Shown in pieces: positions 28,217 to 35,852 of a stretch of 64,000 bases of DNA. The stretch is from an uncultured Fibrobacteraceae bacterium (GTDB lineage: Bacteria; Krumholzibacteriota; Krumholzibacteriia; LZORAL124-64-63): positions 48,149 to 112,148 of the forward strand of contig CAZTWK010000005.1 of NCBI GenBank assembly GCA_964617805.1. Direction: 5' to 3'. The notes below the pieces were generated by a model, which saw only the letters and a program-made list of their open reading frames with translations, was not told the origin of the DNA and did no database searches. Position 1 is the stretch's first letter, and each line of letters begins with the position of its first letter. The position numbers and the translations under genes are program-made.

Positions 28217-30130
28217 ATGCGGATGAAATACGTATTCCCGGTGTGGCTGGCGCTGGTTCTCGCGTCCTGCGCGACCGTCGCCCCGGCCCAGGACTTCACG
28301 GCCGACGACTGCGCAGACTGCCACACGGATTCCGGCGGCGATCCCGTCGAGGTGGGCCAGGCGCACCTCGACGGCAGCGTCCACGAGGACCTCGACTGCA
28401 TGGACTGCCACGCGTCCATCGAGGACCTGCCTCACGACGAGGACCTGGCGGCGGTCACCTGCGGCGACTGCCACGAGGACGAGGCCGAGACCTACCTGGT
28501 CCACGGCCGCGGACGGGTGGGGGAGTCGGCCTTCGTGCCGGACTGCGCCGGCTGCCACGGCACCCACGGCATCCTGTCCTCGCTGGACCGCGACGCCATG
28601 ACCAACCCCCTGAACCTGCCCGCGACCTGCGGCCTGTGCCACGAGGACTCGACGCTCACCCACGACCTCAACATCAAGTTCAAGCACCCCATCCGCGTCT
28701 ACACCGGGAGCGTGCACGGGCGGGCGACCGCCGGCGGCATCCACCAGGCGGCCAGCTGCAACGACTGCCACTCCACCGGCGGCTCGGCCCACATGATCCT
28801 CTCGCCCAGCGAGCCGCGGTCGACCATCGCCCACTTCAACATCCCCGAGACCTGCGGCCAGTGCCACGGCGCCATCGAGCAGGACTACTGGGATGGCGTG
28901 CACGGCGAACTCACCCGGCGCGGCGAGGTGGACACGCCCACCTGCACGACCTGCCATGGCGAGCACGGCATCCTGCCCACCCAGGACCCGCGGTCGCCGG
29001 TCAGCCCGTACCGCCTGGCGGAGGCCACCTGCACGCCCTGCCACGAGTCGGCGGCGCTCAACGAGAAATACGAACTGCCGACCGGGCGCCTGCAGTCCTT
29101 CGTGGACTCCTACCACGGGCTCAAGTCCAAGGCGGGGGACAAGACCGTGGCCAACTGCGCCTCCTGCCACGGCGCGCACCTGATCCTGCCCTCGGACGAC
29201 GAGCGGTCCTCGGTCAACGCCGCGAATCTCCAGAAGACCTGCGGCCACTGCCACGAGGGCATCACCGCGAACGTGGCGCGCCAGCCCATCCACGAGACGG
29301 CCACCGGCCACCGCACGGGCGCCGCGCGGATCGTCCAGATCATCTACACCATCCTGATCGCCTGCGTGATCGGCGGCATGCTCCTGCACTGGCTGATCGA
29401 CCTGGTGAAGCGGATCAGCGAGGTGGTCAACCGCAAGCCCCAGGTGCGGCGGATGGAAGCCAACGAGGTCTTCCAGCACACGGTGCTGGCCGTGTCCTTC
29501 TCGGTGCTGGTGGTCACGGGGTTCTCGTTGCGTTTCTACGACGCGTGGTGGAGCCTTATTCTCTTCGGGCACGAGGGGGGCTACGCCGTGCGCGGCCTGA
29601 TCCACCGCGGCGCCGCCGTGCTGATGATCCTGGGCTCGCTGTTCCACGCCTTCTACCTGCTGACCCCGCGCGGCCGCGAGTTCCTGCGCGACATGATGCC
29701 GACGCTCAACGACGCGAAGCAGCTTCTGCAGCGCATGCGCTTCAACTTCGGTCTAAGCAAGGAGTCGCCGCGCTTCGGCCGCTTCACCTACGTGGAGAAG
29801 GCCGAGTACTGGGCGCTGATCTGGGGCACCGTGATCATGGTGATCACCGGCTTCGCCCTGTGGTTCGACAACTTCGTGACGCAGTGGTTTCCCAGCGGCT
29901 TCATGGACGTGATGCTGGTGATCCACTACTACGAGGCCTGGCTGGCCTTCCTGGCGATCCTGGTCTGGCACATGTACGCCACGGTCTTCAATCCCGAAGT
30001 GTACCCCATGAACCCGGCCTGGATCCACGGCATGATGCCCGAGGAGATGTACAAGCACGAGCATCCCGGCGTGAAGCTGACCGAGGAGAAGATCGTTGTG
30101 CAGACCCGGGTCAAGGCCGACGACGACTAG
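28217..30130 (+). CDS. CbcL-like inner-membrane fusion: periplasmic 11-heme c-type cytochrome domain + C-terminal diheme cytochrome b (FdnI/HydC-type) membrane domain
   Basis: RBS GGAGG then ATG (M14 of ORF). Signal peptide. 11 CxxCH motifs. 4-5 C-terminal TM helices with conserved His pairs. Confidence 0.75.
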   Translation: MRMKYVFPVWLALVLASCATVAPAQDFTADDCADCHTDSGGDPVEVGQAHLDGSVHEDLDCMDCHASIEDLPHDEDLAAVTCGDCHEDEAETYLVHGRGRVGESAFVPDCAGCHGTHGILSSLDRDAMTNPLNLPATCGLCHEDSTLTHDLNIKFKHPIRVYTGSVHGRATAGGIHQAASCNDCHSTGGSAHMILSPSEPRSTIAHFNIPETCGQCHGAIEQDYWDGVHGELTRRGEVDTPTCTTCHGEHGILPTQDPRSPVSPYRLAEATCTPCHESAALNEKYELPTGRLQSFVDSYHGLKSKAGDKTVANCASCHGAHLILPSDDERSSVNAANLQKTCGHCHEGITANVARQPIHETATGHRTGAARIVQIIYTILIACVIGGMLLHWLIDLVKRISEVVNRKPQVRRMEANEVFQHTVLAVSFSVLVVTGFSLRFYDAWWSLILFGHEGGYAVRGLIHRGAAVLMILGSLFHAFYLLTPRGREFLRDMMPTLNDAKQLLQRMRFNFGLSKESPRFGRFTYVEKAEYWALIWGTVIMVITGFALWFDNFVTQWFPSGFMDVMLVIHYYEAWLAFLAILVWHMYATVFNPEVYPMNPAWIHGMMPEEMYKHEHPGVKLTEEKIVVQTRVKADDD

Positions 30131-30154
30131 TCGCCGTTCCCGTCCAGATAAAAA

Positions 30155-30178
30155 GGCCCCCGTGTTTCCACGGGGGCC
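30155..30178. terminator. Bidirectional rho-independent terminator between the CbcL-like and tetraheme cytochrome genes
   Basis: aaaaa-ggcccccgtg-tttc-cacgggggcc-ttttcttt. Confidence 0.7.
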
Positions 30179-30208
30179 TTTTCTTTCCGATTCAACCGGC
30201 TCTGGTGT

Positions 30209-30748
30209 CTACTCGGCCGCTTCGGGAATGGGATGGGCAATCTCGGCCCAGCGTTCGTCGAAGACGAAGGCCTTGAAAGTGGGGCTTTCCTCGTTGTGGC
30301 ACTTGATGCAATTGGTCTCGCCCTCGATGATCAGGCCGGCCGCCACGGCCTTGTCGTGATCCTTCATGACCGACTTCTTCTTGTAGGCCGAGCCGGCGCC
30401 GTGGCAGGCCTCGCAGCCCACGCCTTCTTCGATCGTGTACTTGGTCTTGGGGTCGAGTTCGGCGCCCAGGAAAGCCTGCGTATCGTGGCATTTCAGGCAG
30501 GCGGCCTCTTCCCAGGGATTGCCCAGGCCCTTTTCCTTGGCGATGGCAACGGACGCTTCGCTCTTGAGGGTCGCGAAGGCGTTTGCGTGTGCAGATTCGG
30601 ACCAGATCTTGAACTGCTCGCCGGCCTTGGGTTTCTTATGGCACATTTTGCACTTGCCGGCACCGACGATGGTGTTGTCGGCGGCGAGAGCCGCAAAGGC
30701 CGACAGCGTGATCGCCAGGGCAGCCAGGATCAGGATCGTCTTCTTCAT
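30209..30748 (-). CDS. Tetraheme c-type cytochrome (secreted/membrane-anchored, 179 aa)
   Basis: RBS AGGAGG. Signal peptide. Four CxxCH motifs (CKMCH, CLKCH, CEACH, CIKCH). Confidence 0.75.
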   Translation of the reverse strand: MKKTILILAALAITLSAFAALAADNTIVGAGKCKMCHKKPKAGEQFKIWSESAHANAFATLKSEASVAIAKEKGLGNPWEEAACLKCHDTQAFLGAELDPKTKYTIEEGVGCEACHGAGSAYKKKSVMKDHDKAVAAGLIIEGETNCIKCHNEESPTFKAFVFDERWAEIAHPIPEAAE

Positions 30749-31083
30749 CTTATGCCTCCTTGGACTTGTTCTGGAGAATCGACTTACTCAGGAACGCCCA
30801 TATTGTTATGAACGTCCCGTAGAATCTGAAATAATTGTAGCGTCACCTGGAAATCGGACAAACAGAAAATATTAGATGATATGGACTGGGGGCGCTGCCA
30901 GTCCGCAGTACTTGTCGTATCTGGCTTGTTAACGGCTGTTTACGCTCTGATTCCTTAAACAATGCTCGTGGTAGTCTGTTCAAGGGCTTGCGAATCTGTT
31001 ATACTATATCAGGTTCCCGGACGGCTATGTCCGGGATTCACGTAAATTGTTTAATTCCCAGCAGATAGCAAGGAGTTGTGTTC

Positions 31084-32733
31084 ATGAAGGGGATTTCGGT
31101 ACTGTGTTGTTGCCTGCTCTTGCCCGTCCTTGCGCAGGCCGACCCCGAGTTGAACTGGGCCGCCGTTTACGACAGCGGTGTCGACCTGAGCGATGAAGGA
31201 CTCCTGATTACATCCGATCCCACGGGCAACCCGGTCGTGGCCGGCGTGAGCCATGACGGCTTCGAGGGTTCAGACATCCTCGTGACCAAGCTCAACGCCG
31301 GCGACGGGATCGAGATGTGGTCCACGCGGATTCCGGCCTTCGACGATTCGGACATGATGGTGTCGGGAATCGACTGGGAGCCGGGCGGCGACCTTATCCT
31401 GGGCGGTCACATCTGCGGATGTGTCGGCTGAGGCCACGGAGATGATATCGTCGTCGTGAAGCTCGACGGCGGGACCGGGGAGGTTCTCTGGTCACTCCAT
31501 TACGCTTCGCCGGGAGCCGAGAACGAATCGACCTACGCGCTCGCCCTCGACAGCGCGGGCAACGCCTACATCACCGGCCGGGCCTGGGTATCCGGCCACG
31601 AGGACGAGTTCTCGACCTTCAAGATCGACGCCGACAGCGGCGACATCGTGTGGGACGAGTTCGAGGGCGGCGTCGACAACATCGACGACCGCGGCCTGGA
31701 CGTGGCGGTCGGACCCGACGAAGCACCGGTGTCCGCGGGTCTGCTCCAGAACGACGACGGCACCGCCACGCTGATGGTCGTCAAGTACTACCCCGCCTCG
31801 GGCGGCATAGACTGGGCGGACAGCAGCTTCGAGATCGTCAACGACGTGACCGGCGACGGCTGGGTGCAGATCGACGACGCGGGCGACGTGGTCGTCTGCG
31901 TCAAGACCTGGGGCGGTGCCACCTCCTTCGACGTGACCCTGCTCAAGTACGACGGGGACGACGGCACGCTGCTGTGGTCCGAGGTCTACACCAACGGCAC
32001 GTCCGCGGACGATCCCGCCGACATGATCCTCGACGACGCGGGCAATCCCATCGTGGTCGGCGTTACCGCCGGCGACTACCTGACCGCCAAGTTCGACGCC
32101 GCCACCGGCGACCACGAGTGGACCTCGACCTACGCGGGGCCCCAGGGCTGGTACGACGTGGCCAACTGCGTCACGGTGAGCGACCAGGGCGAGATCCTCG
32201 TCTCCGGCTTCAGCGACGGCACCGGCACGAGCTGGGACGTGGCCACCCTCGGCCTCGAGCCCGATTTCGGCGAGCTGAACTGGTCTGTGCGCTACGACGG
32301 CGCCGAGAATCTCACCGACGAGGCCAAGGACGTCCACATGGACGACTCGGGCGCCCTGCTGGTCGCCGGCTACTGCTACAGCAACACCACCAGCATGGAC
32401 CAGCTCGTGCTGTCCTACGACAACGACACCGGCACGAGCGTCGAGACGACGCCGGCCGCGCCGGTGCGCCTGGCGGCCGCGCCGAACCCCTTCAATCCAG
32501 CGACCACCTTCGCCTTCGAGCTGGCGGCGGACAGCCGGGTCGAACTCAAGGTCTACGACCTGTCCGGTCGCTGCGTGGCGACGCTCTTCGACGGGTACGC
32601 CTCAGCGGGCCCCCGGCGCGTGGCCTGGTCCGGCGACGCGGACGATGGGGGACGGCTGTCCTCGGGCACCTACCTGGCGCGTCTGCGCACCGACAGCGGC
32701 GTTACGTCGCGGAAGGTCGTGCTGACCAAGTAG
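31084..32733 (+). CDS. Secreted SBBP beta-propeller repeat protein with T9SS-type (Por/FlgD-Ig-like) C-terminal sorting domain, interrupted by one in-frame TGA at 31429-31431
   Basis: RBS AAGGAG. Signal peptide. ORFs 31078..31431 and 31456..32733 share a frame. SBBP-like repeats (DILVTKLNAGDG..W, IVVVKLDGGTGEVLW) continue on both sides of the TGA. C-terminal PNPFNP...VELKVYDLSGR...SGTYLARL sorting-domain motif. Confidence 0.55.
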
Positions 32734-32802
32734 GGAAACGGCGGATCGACGAAAAAAGGCCAGCGGTCTCGACCGCCGGCCTTCCTCCTGCCCGGACCGG
32801 GG

Positions 32803-33699
32803 CTACCTCTTGACGAGGTTCACTTCGCCGCTGAAAACAGAGATCTCGATGCTGGCGCTGCCGTCGCCCTGGGTGAAGCTCAGCTCCTTGCCGGGGCCGT
32901 GCTTGTGGGTGCGGCGGGCCTCGTGCCCGAAGTCGTCGTCGATGTCGCCGCTGAAGGTGTCGATCTCGAACTCGGCGCTCACGTCGGCGGGCAGGTAGAG
33001 GGTGACCTCGCCGCTGTGGCAGTCGATGTCCCAGCGGCCGTCGAGCGCGGGATCGGCCGTCAGGTCCAGCTCGCCCGAGACGGCGTTGAAGGCGAAGGCG
33101 TCGAGCACGTCGGCCTTGACCTCCACGTCGCCGCTCACGCTGGAGATGGCCAGTCGCCGGCGCACCCCCTGGACGAAGATCTCGCCGCTGACGGAGTCGA
33201 TCTCCACGTCGTCCGCCGTCACCTCGAGCTCGATGACGCCGCTGACCGAGGAGATCTCCACCTTGCCCGGCTCGCCGGTCACGGTGATCTCGCCGCTGAC
33301 CGAGTCGATCTCGATCTCGCCGTCCACGTCGTGCACGGACACGTCGCAGCTGACGGTCTCGGTGTGCAGACGGCAGCCGTGGGGCACCTGCAGGGTCAGT
33401 TTCGAGCCGTCCACGCCGCCCCGGATCTTGCGCGGGTACTTGACCTCGATCTCGAGGTTGCCCTTGCCGCCCTTGATCTCGAGCTTCTTGGCCTTGGGAT
33501 CCAGTTCGCCCTGGAGGCGCACCTCGTTCCTGTCCCAGCCGACCACCTCGAGGGTTCCGGCCAGGCTCTCGATGCGGATGCGGGCGTCCGCGTTCACCTG
33601 TCGCGTCTCGTCGACCCGCTCGCCGGCCATCGCGACCGCGGCCAGGCAGAGGCCGGCCGCCAGGAGCGCGAGAGGGATCCGGTGGGTGCGTGCAATCAT
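32803..33699 (-). CDS. DUF4097 (YvlB-like putative adhesin/beta-strand repeat) domain protein
   Basis: Start at M146 of the long ORF (RBS AAAGGAAAC). Signal peptide. Repeated DSVSGEI / SSVSGVIEL / VSGDVEV strands. Confidence 0.7.
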   Translation of the reverse strand: MIARTHRIPLALLAAGLCLAAVAMAGERVDETRQVNADARIRIESLAGTLEVVGWDRNEVRLQGELDPKAKKLEIKGGKGNLEIEVKYPRKIRGGVDGSKLTLQVPHGCRLHTETVSCDVSVHDVDGEIEIDSVSGEITVTGEPGKVEISSVSGVIELEVTADDVEIDSVSGEIFVQGVRRRLAISSVSGDVEVKADVLDAFAFNAVSGELDLTADPALDGRWDIDCHSGEVTLYLPADVSAEFEIDTFSGDIDDDFGHEARRTHKHGPGKELSFTQGDGSASIEISVFSGEVNLVKR

Positions 33700-33716
33700 G
33701 GCGTTTCCTTTCGTCG

Positions 33717-34322
33717 TCATTGTGAGGCCAGACGGGCCAGTTTTTCGAGCAGATCGATCTTCTTGCGGTATCCGTCGACGAGGCGGCTGGCCTGCGCGGG
33801 CGTCGCCGCCACCTTGTCCAGGGCCTGCTGGGTCTCGCGGATGGCCTGGTCGATGAGGTCGAGGCCGTCGTCCACGGCCGTGCGCGTCTCGGGGGCGAGT
33901 TCCGAGTCGCCGTCCCGCAGGCCCGCGCGGCAGTCGTCGCGTACCGTGCTGTAGCTCTGCGCCAGGGCGTCGTAGGGGTCGTCGCTCCCGCCGTCGCGGA
34001 GCTGCAGCCCGGCCAGCAGCACGAACGCCGCCACGGCGGCCGCCGCCAGCCAGCGGTGGCGGCCGGCGAATCCGGGCTTCACGATGACGTCCTCGGCGTC
34101 GGCCGCGTCGAGGCGCGCCGCGATGGCGGGCCACAGGTCGCGGTCGGGCGGCCGACCCTCCGGCAGGTCCGCGGCGTCGGCGCGCAGGGCCGTCATCTCG
34201 TCCCAGGCGGCCGCGCAGGTGGCGCAGTCGCGCAGGTGCTCGGCCGTCTCGGTCTCCAGGTCCGGCGGCAGGACGCCGTCGAAGAGGTCCTGCAGAGTGT
34301 CGTCGTATGGGCAGTCTTTCAT
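33717..34322 (-). CDS. Anti-sigma factor (zf-HC2 type, single-pass membrane)
   Basis: HxxxCxxC motif (AEHLRDCATCAAAW). TM helix mid-protein. ATGA overlap with the sigma gene. Confidence 0.75.
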   Translation of the reverse strand: MKDCPYDDTLQDLFDGVLPPDLETETAEHLRDCATCAAAWDEMTALRADAADLPEGRPPDRDLWPAIAARLDAADAEDVIVKPGFAGRHRWLAAAAVAAFVLLAGLQLRDGGSDDPYDALAQSYSTVRDDCRAGLRDGDSELAPETRTAVDDGLDLIDQAIRETQQALDKVAATPAQASRLVDGYRKKIDLLEKLARLASQ

Positions 34323-34894
34323 CTCAACACCTCCCGCAGCAGTCTCCTGGCGCGGTGGAGCTGGGCCTTGACCGTTCCCACGGCCACGCCCGTCATCTCG
34401 GCGATCTCACGCATACGATATCCCTCGACCTCGTGCAGGGTGAAGATGGTGCGCGCGCCGGGGGGCAGCCCGGCGATGGCCCGCTCCAGGTCCCGCCGCA
34501 CGCCGACGGCCGGTGGCGGCACCACGGCCAGGCGGTCCGCGTCGTCGTCCTCGCCCAGGTCCACCTGGCGGTTGCGGCGCCGCTTCTCGTCGCGGCGGTG
34601 GTCCAGGACCACGTTCACGGTCAGGCGGTGCAGCCAGGTCAGCAGGCTGCTCTCGCCCCGGAAGGTCGCGAGGCGCCGCCAGGCCCGGACGAAGGCGTCC
34701 TGGGTCAGCAGCGTGGCCGTGTCCCGGTCCGCGGTCAGGCGCAGGCAGAGGGCGAAGATCCGGTCCACGTGCAGGCGGTAGAGCTCGCCGAAGGCGTCGC
34801 GGTCGCCGGCCTGGGCCCGGCGGACGAGTCCCGCCGCGCTCTCCGGCGCTCCCGTCGCCTGCGTCTTGCTCTCTTTGGCACGGGCGGCCTGCAT
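34319..34894 (-). CDS. ECF-subfamily RNA polymerase sigma-70 factor
   Basis: Region 2 (FGELYRLHVDRIFALC) and region 4 HTH (MREIAEMTGVAVGTVKAQLHRAR). Start at M13 with a GGAGG RBS. Confidence 0.85.
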   Translation of the reverse strand: MQAARAKESKTQATGAPESAAGLVRRAQAGDRDAFGELYRLHVDRIFALCLRLTADRDTATLLTQDAFVRAWRRLATFRGESSLLTWLHRLTVNVVLDHRRDEKRRRNRQVDLGEDDDADRLAVVPPPAVGVRRDLERAIAGLPPGARTIFTLHEVEGYRMREIAEMTGVAVGTVKAQLHRARRLLREVLR

Positions 34895-35012
34895 GGATTC
34901 ATCCTCCGGGTTTCCTCGCTCGCATGTCATTTGGACGTACCAGACCCGCCCGGGGTTTGAAAAAAAAGACCGGGGCCGCCAGGACCCCGGTCTCGTTGCG
35001 GATACCGCTGCC

Positions 35013-35765
35013 TCACTTGATGTTCACGCCCTTGCCTTCGAAACGGATGCGCGGATCGAAGCTCTCCATCTGCATCATGTTCTGCGAGTTGATCTCCCAG
35101 CGGCAGGTGCGGCCGTCCAGCACGGGCGCGTTGTGCTCGATGACGTCGCCGGGCACCGTGATCTCCATGATAACGGCCAGCTCGCTGCTGTGGGCCATGA
35201 GCTTGCCCATCAGTTCCATGGACTTGCCCGCGTTGGCCATGGCCGCCTGCATGTCCTCCATGCTGGGCTCTTTGGCCGGCTCCTCGGGTTCCGCGGCCAC
35301 CTCCTCCTCGAAGACGACGAGGTTCTCGGCGGTGTGCAGCAGGTAGCTGCCGTCCTCCTGCTTCTCGATGGCGACGCCTTCCTCGCTGTCGTCCATGGTC
35401 AGCGCCATGGCGGCGTGCAGGCCCCGGAGGTCGCCGAAGGCGATCTCCATGGACACGGTGCGCTTGCCGTTCTCGACCTTGTTGGAGTAGGACTTGAACT
35501 TGGCGTCGTACTTGCTCAGCTTCTTCTCGAGGTCCTTCTTGTCGAAGTTCGCGAAGTCGGGCATCTCCTCCATCTCACCGTCCATGCCGGCGCCCTCCAT
35601 GTTGGAGAGCTCGTCGAGGGCCTCCTCGACCTCGGTGGACATGCTCATGACGAAGCGGAAGATCCCGCTGCCGTCCTTGGCGAACTCGGTGGCCATCTCC
35701 ATCTGCATGCAGCCGGTGGCCGCCAGCGTGACGGCGAGCAGCAGCGATATGATCAGCTTCCTCAT
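35013..35765 (-). CDS. Hypothetical lipoprotein (Met/Glu-rich)
   Basis: RBS GGAGG. Lipobox LAATGC. No recognisable domain. Confidence 0.6.
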   Translation of the reverse strand: MRKLIISLLLAVTLAATGCMQMEMATEFAKDGSGIFRFVMSMSTEVEEALDELSNMEGAGMDGEMEEMPDFANFDKKDLEKKLSKYDAKFKSYSNKVENGKRTVSMEIAFGDLRGLHAAMALTMDDSEEGVAIEKQEDGSYLLHTAENLVVFEEEVAAEPEEPAKEPSMEDMQAAMANAGKSMELMGKLMAHSSELAVIMEITVPGDVIEHNAPVLDGRTCRWEINSQNMMQMESFDPRIRFEGKGVNIK

Positions 35766-35852
35766 GTCGATCCCTCCGTTTCATTTTTCAACCTGCAAAC
35801 AGGCAAGCAGTATGCCTGACCCGGGCAGGGTAATCAAGCGGCGGCCGGCGCG

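Noticed and set aside
30209-30748. Assignment of the tetraheme cytochrome to the NapC/NirT (CymA) quinol dehydrogenase family.
   Set aside because: Only a short signal/anchor helix is present. The heme motif spacing and overall length fit a small soluble or periplasmic tetraheme carrier as well as NapC. It cannot be decided from sequence alone, so it was left generic.
31429-31431. Interpreting the in-frame TGAs as evidence for an alternative genetic code (TGA read as Gly or Trp, codes 4/25).
   Set aside because: TGA terminates the majority of well-supported genes in this window (e.g. at 1057, 3136, 5281, 7833, 9305, 10462, 13635). A global reassignment is therefore excluded. Only site-specific recoding or error remains plausible.
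35013-35765. Met/Glu/Lys-rich lipoprotein as a possible horizontally acquired or low-GC island gene.
   Set aside because: Nucleotide composition of the gene is not distinguishable from its neighbours. Only the amino-acid composition is unusual.
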